A stretch of 63,031 nt of DNA, taken from a virus (Duplodnaviria; Caudoviricetes). Position 1 is the stretch's first letter. Each line of letters opens with the position of its first letter. The DNA lies in IMG/VR virus record IMGVR_UViG_3300031695_000005, positions 1 to 63,031 of that record, one strand, 5' to 3'. A program made the translations under genes and the position numbers. The notes below the pieces were generated by a model, which was given only the letters and a program-made list of their open reading frames with translations, made no database searches and was not told where the DNA came from. Shown here one piece after another: positions 1 through 9,231 of this stretch.

Positions 1-43
1 TTTACCTGTGAATAATCTATTCTTTTTTGTGTATAGAGATTAA

Positions 44-826
44 TTAAATGGTTATCCATGAATCTGGTATAATGTTATTAGTTGGTTCATTTTTACTAAA
101 CCATTGCTTAGGTCCAACTATTTTTCTATTTGGTTTATTATTTAAATAAGCACCCCACCATGAAAATGAAGAGCTTGAAATTATATTATGTGTACATTTA
201 GATTGTAGGTAAAGTTCTACATAATCCTTTTCATTTTCTATAAAAATAAATTTATCTCCAATAAAGTTTTTCTTACACCATTCTATATCATCACTAAATA
301 TTAAATATTTATTTACATCACCAATAGCAGCTATGCCTTTATTAAAATAATCCATTTCCCTAGCTACATGCAAATCATATTTTAAATAATCACCTCGCCT
401 TACATGAATTGAACATGTTGTATTATTAAATAAGTTATCATACCTTTTGAGTTTATCTTTTACAAAATCAGATGGCTGAAACAAATCTAAAATAAAATCT
501 CTATTAGGAAAGTATTTTTCTGACTGAAAAAAACCATCGTATAAAACATTATCCTTAACTACAAAACCTTCAAAGTGAAAAGGTACATCTATTTTATTAT
601 TAGGAGGATTATTTATTCTATTCCAATTAAATTTTTTAAATATCTTTTGATACTCAAATGCATGCTGTAAATCAGGATTATGATGAATATTTCCATTTAA
701 ATGATTAAAGTTTTGCTCTACGTTCCAATATCCAGTTTGAAAATTATTTGCCTTACCTTCATATTCAACAAAAGCAATCTGAAACATCATATTCCCAATG
801 CCTCCTTTTAATCTACATGTTATCAT
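44..826 (-). CDS. Alpha-1,2-fucosyltransferase-like glycosyltransferase (GT11)
   Basis: N-terminal GGIGNMMFQ, GFFQSEKYF, HVRRGDY, FSDDIEWC and SSFSWWGAYL are the hallmark GT11 motifs. Confidence 0.9.
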   Translation of the reverse strand: MITCRLKGGIGNMMFQIAFVEYEGKANNFQTGYWNVEQNFNHLNGNIHHNPDLQHAFEYQKIFKKFNWNRINNPPNNKIDVPFHFEGFVVKDNVLYDGFFQSEKYFPNRDFILDLFQPSDFVKDKLKRYDNLFNNTTCSIHVRRGDYLKYDLHVAREMDYFNKGIAAIGDVNKYLIFSDDIEWCKKNFIGDKFIFIENEKDYVELYLQSKCTHNIISSSSFSWWGAYLNNKPNRKIVGPKQWFSKNEPTNNIIPDSWITI

Positions 827-833
827 TATTCTT

Positions 834-1523
834 TTATTTTTTAATATTATCTTCTCTCATCATAATGGAATAATCTCTATTGCCATTTTGTACATTACTA
901 AAACTTCTTCTTTGCCATGCCATTGGTGGATGAAATGCATATGAATTAATTAATGGCTGGACCCTTGAAGCTAAATATGTATCTACTGCCGTATAAAAGT
1001 TAGGTTCATTTTCTAAAATTGTATTAATAGCTAAATCATAACAAGTATCTTTTATAGCATAACATGTTGTGGTTATTAATCTTTTACAACCTAATACATT
1101 TGCTGCTACTTTATCAGGAATATATTGACCACCTCTTGTTTCATGTATTCCTCCTAAATATAAAAGATCCCAATCATTAGGTACTTGTTTAACTTGTTGA
1201 CTAAATATACTTTGTAAGTTATCAACAAAATCACAATCATCTTCAATTATTAAAACATTTTTCCAATTATTAGCTTTTGCTAGTTTCCATACATTAATAT
1301 GACTCGCCATACAACCAGCAGCACCTGGCCATGATTCTGGTTTAATATGATTCATTTTATCTTTACCAGGGGTATGGACCCAACCCATAGGATTGTTTGC
1401 TATCGCATCATATCTTTCTACTGCTATACCTGCCCTTTGGCATTGGTGAGATACTTCTTTCCACCTATCAGCTCTATGCTTTAAATTTATACATATAATT
1501 TTATCAAAATAACTATTAATCAT
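834..1523 (-). CDS. Glycosyltransferase family 25
   Basis: CINLKHRADR, GCMASH, LIIEDD and WDLLYLG motifs. Confidence 0.88.
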   Translation of the reverse strand: MINSYFDKIICINLKHRADRWKEVSHQCQRAGIAVERYDAIANNPMGWVHTPGKDKMNHIKPESWPGAAGCMASHINVWKLAKANNWKNVLIIEDDCDFVDNLQSIFSQQVKQVPNDWDLLYLGGIHETRGGQYIPDKVAANVLGCKRLITTTCYAIKDTCYDLAINTILENEPNFYTAVDTYLASRVQPLINSYAFHPPMAWQRRSFSNVQNGNRDYSIMMREDNIKK

Positions 1524-1524
1524 A

Positions 1525-3057
1525 TTATTGGTTTAATGTATTAACATCGTTTTTAAATCTCCTGCTTGCCTGGAAATGTTCTATTATAGGATCAGCTGTT
1601 GGATATATATGTTTCATACTATCAAATATAAAAGTATATTCTGGTGGAAGATTCTTTACTGCAAAGGTAGGATCTTCTCCTTTTATTGTATTAATCACAG
1701 TATCTAAATTCCACTGCTCCATCCTAGTTGATGCATTACCTTCATTTATATTAATGTCTCTCCATAATCTACATAATCGTTGTGTCTTGTGATTATTCTC
1801 CATATAAATAGTACCACTTAAACATTCATTTTTTCTCCATTTAAAATCTTGCCATCTTACTGCAATATCACAATTATAATTATTAAATAGAATAGGCATC
1901 TTGTGAAGTACTGCATCGCAGTCAACATATAATAATCTGTGGTTTGGATATTTAATAAGCATATCTAACATAAAGCTAGCTTTAAATCTAGTATTGGCTT
2001 GCCAATTACCTAAAGTATTTACACCTATTATATCTTTTTCTAATCCTAACCTATTTAAGGATTGAATTAAATTCTGAGCCTCTTGTTCATATGGAGTGTT
2101 AACTGTATAATAACCTACCACCATTAAATCTTTTGGTGCATTAACTGGTATTTTACTATTAGGTATTACATTTATTGTTTTATTGTTAGCATGATCTTGG
2201 CTAATTATATCATAAAAAGATTCTGTTTTAATAAAAGGAGATTCAGCTAAAGTACTTTGTGAAGATAAGTTTATAATTTCTTGAGATCCTTTATGAGATT
2301 CTAATGCAGAAAAAAGAATTCTTTTATAATTACCAACACTTTTTCTAAATTGTATTTTATCAAATTCTGTGTATGCTTGGTGGAAATGTGTATGTGCACC
2401 ATCTGATAAATCAAATCCTAATAAGTATATTTTTTTATAACCTAAGAGTAATGCTAATTGAATACCACAATGTCCACTATTGGATCCACTAGCAAAACCA
2501 ACTACATCATTACTAAAACCTTCTATATTATTTGATTCTATAATGCCATTACATTTATGGAGATCTTCATACTCAAGCCCTCTTGTATCTGTAATCATAC
2601 CATCTTTTAATTCCATATAAGGATGAGTCATATTAGCTACAAAATATACATGCTGTGTTTTTTGTCTAATCGATTCAATTGGTAATGTTCCTTTTGCAAA
2701 GTATGAATAATCTGTGGTTATAAAATATTTTGGGTTTTGAATGTATTCAACAGTTTTATTAATTGCAATAGTATCAAAGCCTGATAATAAATTAAAATCA
2801 AATCCACTCAACGAAGGACCTCCACCTACAACAAAACATATGTCATTAGTTATTGCTGGTAACTGATGAGCTTGTAAAAAAGAAATTGGAACTGGTAATG
2901 GAACTAATAAAGGATCCCTCCTAATTCTTTGTGAATGATTTGTAACTTTACTATGAGTCCCATCAGCTCTAACAGTTACTCTAGGAAATTGTTTCTTTTG
3001 ATCACCATAAGATTGTGGTTCATGAACAATTCTTTTTATACTTCTTCTACTTATCAT
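1525..3057 (-). CDS. Two-domain glycosyltransferase: DUF115/Maf/CstII-like domain plus C-terminal GT-A (DxD) domain
   Basis: VVGGGPSL, IAIN, NSG, LLGYKKIYLLGFD and HFH in the N-terminal domain; LYVDCDA and IEHFQASRR in the C-terminal domain. Confidence 0.75.
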   Translation of the reverse strand: MISRRSIKRIVHEPQSYGDQKKQFPRVTVRADGTHSKVTNHSQRIRRDPLLVPLPVPISFLQAHQLPAITNDICFVVGGGPSLSGFDFNLLSGFDTIAINKTVEYIQNPKYFITTDYSYFAKGTLPIESIRQKTQHVYFVANMTHPYMELKDGMITDTRGLEYEDLHKCNGIIESNNIEGFSNDVVGFASGSNSGHCGIQLALLLGYKKIYLLGFDLSDGAHTHFHQAYTEFDKIQFRKSVGNYKRILFSALESHKGSQEIINLSSQSTLAESPFIKTESFYDIISQDHANNKTINVIPNSKIPVNAPKDLMVVGYYTVNTPYEQEAQNLIQSLNRLGLEKDIIGVNTLGNWQANTRFKASFMLDMLIKYPNHRLLYVDCDAVLHKMPILFNNYNCDIAVRWQDFKWRKNECLSGTIYMENNHKTQRLCRLWRDININEGNASTRMEQWNLDTVINTIKGEDPTFAVKNLPPEYTFIFDSMKHIYPTADPIIEHFQASRRFKNDVNTLNQ

Positions 3058-3058
3058 T

Positions 3059-3652
3059 TTAAAATGTTATTTTATTATTATACAACGTAGAATATAAACT
3101 TGTCTTTTCAGGATTACGATATCGTTTAAAAAATAAATTCTCCTTAGGTCCATCATGATCAGTAACATGTAAATGCCCTAATGGATTTCTACTTTTTGTT
3201 GAGCTTTGGAAAAAGTCAAAACCTATTAAATCTAATTGTAAAAAATCACATTGAGTATTAAAGAAATTAAAAGTACTAATTCCAGTAGAAGGTTTAGTAG
3301 AACCTAAATTAGATTTAAGAGTATGGTATATTGATGGATCTATATTATAGGAATTAAAATAAGATAATTTATCACTCCATATAATTGGACTTAAAATGTA
3401 ATCTACTTTATTATCTTTAACAATATTACCTACTCTATCTGCAGACTTAATACCCATAGAAAGTATATTTGTTTTACTTCCTATAGAATCTTTATAATCT
3501 TGTGTTTGTAAATAACCGCTATTAATTCTTACTACAATATCATAAGCATCTATTAATTCTCCATGATTACTTTGGAGTAAACCAGATGAATTACCTACTA
3601 TAATAATTTTCTTTCCTTTGCAATATTGTTTTATGCTTTCTAAGGATACCAT
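3059..3652 (-). CDS. GT29 sialyltransferase-like protein
   Basis: Sialylmotif-L-like IVGNS...GELIDAYDIVVRIN...GSKT, motif-S-like PSTG, IGFDF, and a VS-like HxxxxE (HDGPKE). Confidence 0.75.
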   Translation of the reverse strand: MVSLESIKQYCKGKKIIIVGNSSGLLQSNHGELIDAYDIVVRINSGYLQTQDYKDSIGSKTNILSMGIKSADRVGNIVKDNKVDYILSPIIWSDKLSYFNSYNIDPSIYHTLKSNLGSTKPSTGISTFNFFNTQCDFLQLDLIGFDFFQSSTKSRNPLGHLHVTDHDGPKENLFFKRYRNPEKTSLYSTLYNNKITF

Positions 3653-3669
3653 TTTAATACGATTTGTAT

Positions 3670-3677
3670 TATATATT
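3670..3677 (-). promoter_or_regulatory. Putative late promoter (AATATATA) for the glycosyltransferase operon
   Basis: Same RATAWATA octamer lies upstream of portal, protease, sheath, tube and other structural genes. Confidence 0.6.
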
Positions 3678-3682
3678 AAACT

Positions 3683-3710
3683 AAAAAAGACCCCATAAAT
3701 GGGGCCTTTT
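3683..3710 (-). terminator. Intrinsic terminator
   Basis: CCCCAT-AA-ATGGGG hairpin flanked by A and T runs, downstream of 3730..3996. Confidence 0.7.
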
Positions 3711-3729
3711 AATTACTTGTGTAAATTAA

Positions 3730-3996
3730 TTACTCTCCAACTTTAGTCATTACTGGTTCTGCTGGTGTATCTCCATTTACAATAGGATCAGACTCAGTTC
3801 CTTCTTCTCCTTCTGGAGTTGGTGGAACGAATATTTTAATAGCTTTTGAAATAATCTCAGCATCTTCTAATGTATACGCGCCTTTTCCTTGTGCTATCCT
3901 AACAGCTTGAATTAAAACATTTAATGCTTGCTGACCAGTAAAATCACCTGTTGGGTTTACTTCTTCTGGGTTTTGGTTTTCTTGATTGTTATCCAT
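3730..3996 (-). CDS. Hypothetical acidic protein
   Basis: 88-aa ORF with its own promoter motif (4034..4060) and terminator. Confidence 0.6.
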   Translation of the reverse strand: MDNNQENQNPEEVNPTGDFTGQQALNVLIQAVRIAQGKGAYTLEDAEIISKAIKIFVPPTPEGEEGTESDPIVNGDTPAEPVMTKVGE

Positions 3997-4059
3997 GTTA
4001 ACGTGTTTTGATTTTATTTTAAAATATTTATTATTATATATCGTAATTTCTATTTAGTT

Positions 4060-4458
4060 TCACTTTACATCTATAAAACTTTCAGTATCTTCTTTAATAG
4101 GTAATGTTAATGTTAACACACCATTTTCAACCTTTGCTTTAATCTTTTTTGTATTAACATCCTTTGGTAAAGTAAAGAGTTTATCAAATGAACCTAACCA
4201 TATATTATCTTCGTTAGTAGAAATAATGCTTAATTCACCTTTTACCATTTTAACCTTTAGGTCTTCTTTAGTAAATCCTGGAACTGCCATTTCTAATGTC
4301 CAATCTTTTTCGTTTTTAATACAATGATATCCTTTAGATGGTTTAGTAAAGAAATTTTCAAAATCATCCCAAAAAGGATCTTTTAATAAATTATCAATAT
4401 TATCATTAATTCTTCTTGCTTGTGCAACGGGTTTAAATCCGTTTAAAAATGTGTACAT
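4060..4458 (-). CDS. Small heat shock protein (Hsp20)
   Basis: Alpha-crystallin motifs AVPGFTKEDLKV, FTLP and AKVENGVLTLTLP, plus a C-terminal IxV motif. Confidence 0.92.
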   Translation of the reverse strand: MYTFLNGFKPVAQARRINDNIDNLLKDPFWDDFENFFTKPSKGYHCIKNEKDWTLEMAVPGFTKEDLKVKMVKGELSIISTNEDNIWLGSFDKLFTLPKDVNTKKIKAKVENGVLTLTLPIKEDTESFIDVK

Positions 4459-4574
4459 ATTATTTAGTTTTTTATTAAAATAAAGATTCGTTTCCTTATT
4501 TAATATATTATACTGAAAAAACCGTGCAACAATGAGATTTCTGACATATTGTCTACTTTTTTACTTTTGCTATG

Positions 4575-4958
4575 TCAAGATGACCTTTTTTTACCACCAT
4601 GATATTCATAACCATGACCTTCTGTTATTAATGTTTGATTAACATCCCACTGAACACCATCAGCATCCATAACATAAATCTGACCTAATATTCTACCATA
4701 TTTACCTACACCCTCAGACTTAATTCTAAACATTCCTGGTTTACTACTGACTTCATTTAATAAGACCTTTAATCTCTCTTTAGCAGCTAGTCCTTTTTTC
4801 TTTTCATCTAAATCTCTAGTTCTGCTTTCCCATGTATCTATACCAGAAAACCTAATTCTTTTAAAAATCCAAATGTCAAAACCAACATCTATCATTGCAT
4901 CAATAGTGTCACCATCTATAACCCTATCAAGTTTTCCTCTGTAAATATATTTGTTCAT
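4575..4958 (-). CDS. Thermonuclease (SNase-like)
   Basis: RVIDGDTID, RIRFSGIDTWE and GKYGRILG motifs. Confidence 0.88.
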   Translation of the reverse strand: MNKYIYRGKLDRVIDGDTIDAMIDVGFDIWIFKRIRFSGIDTWESRTRDLDEKKKGLAAKERLKVLLNEVSSKPGMFRIKSEGVGKYGRILGQIYVMDADGVQWDVNQTLITEGHGYEYHGGKKRSS

Positions 4959-4975
4959 GTTTTCTTTTATTTTTA

Positions 4976-5440
4976 TTAGCTAAAGTCTATGTATTCAACC
5001 TTAACTTCTTTACCTTCTTCAATAGCCTTAGCTATTTGTGGATATACTCTTTTATAAGCTGTTGTAGATGATCCAATAAATCCTTCCTTAGTTATATTTT
5101 GTTGAGAAGTATCTCCTAACAGAAGACAACCTGATGTATGTTCATCAGTGTTACCAGTATGCCAAAGAATATATTTAAATCCAGGTACATCTTGTACATG
5201 AATCATTCCTTTATGCATTGACCCATATCTTTTATCGTATTTTGAATTAAATCCTCCTTCGGTTCTTAACTTTAAAGTATATGTTCCTTTTGGTATTCTG
5301 GTTTCATGCATTACTTTTACTTCCCTATACTCATCTTCAAGGGTAAAACATAAAAACTTTCTACAATTATCTGTTACATCAAATAACATACCTAATGTAG
5401 AATCACTATGTGAGCTAAATCTTAATACTTCTAATTTCAT
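4976..5440 (-). CDS. DUF5675-like protein, putative L,D-transpeptidase-fold cell wall enzyme
   Basis: STLG, FTLED, IPKGTY and the His/Cys motif HTGNTDEHTSGCLLLG. Confidence 0.7.
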   Translation of the reverse strand: MKLEVLRFSSHSDSTLGMLFDVTDNCRKFLCFTLEDEYREVKVMHETRIPKGTYTLKLRTEGGFNSKYDKRYGSMHKGMIHVQDVPGFKYILWHTGNTDEHTSGCLLLGDTSQQNITKEGFIGSSTTAYKRVYPQIAKAIEEGKEVKVEYIDFS

Positions 5441-5449
5441 TTTAATTTT

Positions 5450-5716
5450 TTATTTTACTAATTCTAATAGTTGAGCTAAAGTTTGTGTACCTAATTTTCT
5501 CTCTATTTGCTCGCCATCCTTTAAAACAATAAAGCATGGGATACTACGTACCCCATACTTTTGTGCTATATCAGATTCAGAATCAACATTTACCTTTTGA
5601 ACAGTAACAGAAGACTTTTCTTTAAATTCTTCTACTATTGATTTCATTGCTTTACAAGGACCACACCAATCAGCTGAAAATTGAATAAGTACTGTTCCTT
5701 TTTTTTGAATCTCCAT
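5450..5716 (-). CDS. trxA: Thioredoxin
   Basis: WCGPC active site and cis-Pro motif SIP. Confidence 0.95.
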   Translation of the reverse strand: MEIQKKGTVLIQFSADWCGPCKAMKSIVEEFKEKSSVTVQKVNVDSESDIAQKYGVRSIPCFIVLKDGEQIERKLGTQTLAQLLELVK

Positions 5717-5729
5717 AATTTTAATTTAG

Positions 5730-6440
5730 TTATTTATTCTTAGATTTTGTTCTTTTATAATTTTCTTCTTCATAGACTTCAATTAAATCATCTACAATTG
5801 GATCTCTGTGATTATGTAATAATGTAAGAGAAGATAGATTTTTTATTTTAGATGATTGGTTGTACAAAAATCTAAAACCTGATTCGCTCTTACCTTTTAA
5901 ATCAACTTGACCATCATCACCACATATAATCATCTTAGATCTTAAACCAACCCTGGTTACAATCATTTCCATTTGATCATTAGTTACGTTTTGAGCCTCG
6001 TCAACTATAACACAACTATCAACAAAGGTTCGGCCTCTCATAAATGAAACTGGTACAATTTCTATTTGTCCACTTTCTATATAAGGTTGTACTCTATCTT
6101 TTCCATATAAACTATACATGTTTTGATAAATTGGTTGTACCCATGGATCCATCTTGGCATGTAAATCACCAGGTAAAAATCCAATTTCTTCTTTTGAAAC
6201 TGTTGGTCTTGTTATAATTATCTTTTCATAATTTCTTCTAAATAATCCATCTAAAGCAACTTGGCATGCTAATAGTGTTTTTCCAGATCCAGCCTTACCT
6301 GCTAATAATGTAATTGTGTTTGTTAATATTACATCCTTTGCTAGTTTCTGTTCTTCATTTAGTTTTAATTTAAATGTTATTGGATTTTTAGGTTTTCTCT
6401 TTTCACGGAAAACTTCATCATCGTAAGTATGTGCAGGCAT
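5730..6440 (-). CDS. phoH: PhoH-like ATPase
   Basis: GKAGSGKT, IGFLPG, FMRGRTF, DEAQN, GDxxQVDL and HRDP. Confidence 0.93.
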   Translation of the reverse strand: MPAHTYDDEVFREKRKPKNPITFKLKLNEEQKLAKDVILTNTITLLAGKAGSGKTLLACQVALDGLFRRNYEKIIITRPTVSKEEIGFLPGDLHAKMDPWVQPIYQNMYSLYGKDRVQPYIESGQIEIVPVSFMRGRTFVDSCVIVDEAQNVTNDQMEMIVTRVGLRSKMIICGDDGQVDLKGKSESGFRFLYNQSSKIKNLSSLTLLHNHRDPIVDDLIEVYEEENYKRTKSKNK

Positions 6441-6492
6441 ATTCTTATTTTATTTTTAACCTTTCAACAGGTTATGCTAAAAGATTATGATT

Positions 6493-7248
6493 TTATCCCC
6501 TTACAAAAGGTCTTGAAGTCAATGCTGGCTTCACTACTTTATTAGAAGGTGATACATTGCTTGTTGGTATCACTATAGGATCTCCAACGGGGGTAATATG
6601 CGCTGCTTGAATTGGCTCTTCTACAATATCGGCAACTGCATTATCAGTATTAACTGTCTCAGGTGCGATTTGTACTTCTCCAATTGTTGCAGGAAAGTGT
6701 TTTTCTGAATTTTTTAGAATATCAATATCTGCTGACGGTTCAGTTATGGTTTCTTTAATTAAAACTTCATCACTAACATATGCAGTTGGTTGATTAGCAT
6801 CAGTATCTTCAGGTCTAATATAATCAACTAATGATTTAATAAATCCTAATGCAATCAGAGGTAGTATAGCACCACTCACTATTGCTAAAATTCTTTTTTG
6901 GTATATTGGTTCTGCCTCTTCTAATCCAAATAATTCAATCCATCCCATATAGTTTTCTAAATTAATAAAAGCATGAAATGAGTTTGCCATCATTTGAAAT
7001 GAAGTTAATAATAAAAATAAACCCCAAACCATTGTTTTGTTTGTTTTATCTAAAATAATAATAGCAGCAAGAGAAGCGGCTGCTCCTATTTCAAATCCGA
7101 TTGCTAATGACCATGACATTAAACCATCATGGCTTAAGTCAAAAAATGCAACGGAGTTTATCATTGATATTGTAGCTACTAAGAAGTAAAGGCTACAGAA
7201 TATACTGATAATTGAAATGTGTAATAATCTTTCTTTTAATGTATTCAT
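6493..7248 (-). CDS. Multi-pass membrane protein with disordered C-terminal tail
   Basis: About four hydrophobic segments followed by a Pro/Glu/Thr-rich tail. Confidence 0.65.
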   Translation of the reverse strand: MNTLKERLLHISIISIFCSLYFLVATISMINSVAFFDLSHDGLMSWSLAIGFEIGAAASLAAIIILDKTNKTMVWGLFLLLTSFQMMANSFHAFINLENYMGWIELFGLEEAEPIYQKRILAIVSGAILPLIALGFIKSLVDYIRPEDTDANQPTAYVSDEVLIKETITEPSADIDILKNSEKHFPATIGEVQIAPETVNTDNAVADIVEEPIQAAHITPVGDPIVIPTSNVSPSNKVVKPALTSRPFVRG

Positions 7249-7262
7249 AATGTTAAAGCTTT

Positions 7263-7781
7263 TTAAGAACAGCCATCAGCACAACCATTTGTGTGAATTC
7301 GTGATGGTGTTATTCTAGCAACCTGTAAACAAGGTATACCAGATGTTTCCGATGTACCAGCGGTTGTTAATTCGGTTAATAAAATTTCGGCAAATATACC
7401 ACTTGGGCTTGTTTTGGTACAGGCAGGATCTAAACATAATCTAACCAGACCTTTATTAACAATTTTTTGTGCTGAGTTTGTATATTGTAAGATGGTCATT
7501 AATAATCCTTTACACCCAGTAGGAATAGCTGGCCACCAAAAATTAGCTACTGTACAATCAAATTCATTATACAACATAATTTGAATTTCAGTATAAGTAG
7601 TTAAGTCGAGAGGTAATCCTGCTTTATCAAAAAACTGTATATCAATACAGCCATTAGTTCCTTGCATTATTACAAGAACACAATCAACTTGAGCGATAAT
7701 TCTACCACATAAAGTTAATGCACATTTTGGATCTCCGTTTGCTGGTGTTGGTACTCCAGGTATTATAGGTGTATTAGCCAC
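7263..7781 (-). CDS. Cys-rich hypothetical protein, possibly a virion Ig/BppU-like domain
   Basis: Beta-rich pattern (IMQG...IQFFDKAGLPLDLT) and many Cys. Confidence 0.5.
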   Translation of the reverse strand: MANTPIIPGVPTPANGDPKCALTLCGRIIAQVDCVLVIMQGTNGCIDIQFFDKAGLPLDLTTYTEIQIMLYNEFDCTVANFWWPAIPTGCKGLLMTILQYTNSAQKIVNKGLVRLCLDPACTKTSPSGIFAEILLTELTTAGTSETSGIPCLQVARITPSRIHTNGCADGCS

Positions 7782-7783
7782 AT

Positions 7784-8071
7784 TTAGTTATCTTTTTCTT
7801 CTAGTGCATTGATAGAAATTCTTTCTTTATCAGAAATTTCTTCAATTCTTAGAGTTTTCCAAGCCGGTACTTCTTTAATAAGTTTAATCATTTCGGCTTC
7901 ATTAATTAATTGTGAAGCTAATGTATCAATCTCAGCATTCATTATTCGTTGTTCTTTTTTAATTAATCCTACCTCAGAATCAATACTGCATGATTTAAAA
8001 TAAGATAATAGTAATAATACGATAATTACCTTAATACCATGATCTGCAAAAAATTTGTTAAATGTATTCAT
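7784..8071 (-). CDS. Membrane-anchored or lipoprotein-like coiled-coil protein (start revised to ATG at 8071)
   Basis: MNTFNKFFADHGIKVIIVLLLLSYFKSC: hydrophobic stretch followed by Cys; the revised start removes the overlap with the upstream gene. Confidence 0.55.
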   Translation of the reverse strand: MNTFNKFFADHGIKVIIVLLLLSYFKSCSIDSEVGLIKKEQRIMNAEIDTLASQLINEAEMIKLIKEVPAWKTLRIEEISDKERISINALEEKDN

Positions 8072-8078
8072 TTGTTTA

Positions 8079-8372
8079 TTATTTAAATTGTTGTTTTGGT
8101 TTTGCTGTGAGTTTCTCCCCTGCTGGAGCTCTGTGATAAACTTGAGTTGACCAGGGGTCCTTATCGGCACATTGGCAAGATGAGATATGCTCCCCGCACC
8201 TGGCGCAATCTTCTGAAACATCCTTGAGTTCATCTTCTATTTCTTTTTCTAATTTCTTATCTATTCCGCTATGATCACCTTCTTTATGATCTTTTTCTAT
8301 TTTATCTCCAGCCTTCTCATGAGATTTATCTCTAACTTCTAAAAGAAAATCTGCGTACGTTCTTATAAACAT
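8079..8372 (-). CDS. Putative internal head (cargo) protein with a capsid-targeting-like leader and Cys cluster
   Basis: Revised start MFIRTYADFLLE resembles the T4 capsid targeting sequence; late promoter at 8390..8397; CARC..CQC. Confidence 0.55.
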   Translation of the reverse strand: MFIRTYADFLLEVRDKSHEKAGDKIEKDHKEGDHSGIDKKLEKEIEDELKDVSEDCARCGEHISSCQCADKDPWSTQVYHRAPAGEKLTAKPKQQFK

Positions 8373-8388
8373 TGAAATTTGATTTTTT

Positions 8389-9138
8389 TTATATATTCGG
8401 TTCAAGTATGTACTTCTTATGAAATTCTTTTACCAACCCTAAAAACATTTTGCCATATTTAGTTATATCATCAAATGTCATTTCAAAAACTTGTGGAAAA
8501 CCATCAGCTTCATTACTTATCCAAATTTCGCCACCTTGTGGTTTTCTGTTATGCATTTCCCAATATGCTAATGAGTATGCTGCAATTTGCATTTTATAAT
8601 TTTCTATCCAATCTTCTCTTTTTGCTTTTTTAGATGATTTAAAATCTAAGATCACTAGATGCCCTTTTTCATTTTCATAAATAATATCTACCCTACCTGC
8701 ATAACCTCCCATCTGAGGTGAGAATAAGGTATCCTCAATAGACACTACATTGGCAATGCGATCAAAACATTTACCATTATAAAAATTAAAGAATAATTTT
8801 CTTCCTATATTTGTTTCTTCTTCAGTAAAACCATTTTCTTTTACAAATGGACCAATAAGAGTTTGTGCATCGATTAATCTTTCTCTAATAGTTTCCTTTG
8901 TAGATCCTAAAAAGTATTCACAAAATTGATGCATTACAGTTCCACGATTTGATGAGAACTTAGATATGGCATCAGCCTTTTCATTACCTACTCTTTTTCT
9001 CCATGCATCAATACCAGACTTATCAGTCATTGCACCTAAAATTGTTGTTACTGATGGATATTTTTTACCTAATCCAATATTATAGTATCTTTTACCATTT
9101 ATTGTTTCAGTTGTTGCTAATGATTGTTCTGTAGACAT
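8389..9138 (-). CDS. PD-(D/E)xK exonuclease (Cas4-like phage exonuclease)
   Basis: YPSVTTILG, RGTVMH, AGRVD, DFKSS and QIAAY motifs. Confidence 0.85.
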   Translation of the reverse strand: MSTEQSLATTETINGKRYYNIGLGKKYPSVTTILGAMTDKSGIDAWRKRVGNEKADAISKFSSNRGTVMHQFCEYFLGSTKETIRERLIDAQTLIGPFVKENGFTEEETNIGRKLFFNFYNGKCFDRIANVVSIEDTLFSPQMGGYAGRVDIIYENEKGHLVILDFKSSKKAKREDWIENYKMQIAAYSLAYWEMHNRKPQGGEIWISNEADGFPQVFEMTFDDITKYGKMFLGLVKEFHKKYILEPNI

Positions 9139-9183
9139 AATCTGTTTATTATTATATGTAAAAATGTAATAAAGTTTAAGACA

Positions 9184-9215
9184 AAAAAACCGGTAACAAT
9201 TAAGCTACCGGTTTT
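9184..9215 (-). terminator. Intrinsic terminator
   Basis: AAAACCGGTA...TACCGGTTTT hairpin with a T-tract on the minus strand. Confidence 0.7.
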
Positions 9216-9231
9216 AATAAGTAATATGTTA

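Noticed and set aside
7784-8405. ORF-track starts at 8233 and 8405
   Set aside because: Both create long overlaps; starts at 8071 and 8372 fit the gene packing and the late promoter at 8390
8389-9138. Cas4-like nuclease as evidence of a CRISPR system
   Set aside because: No repeat-spacer array or other cas genes seen, and the Fe-S cysteine pattern is absent; it is a common stand-alone phage exonuclease
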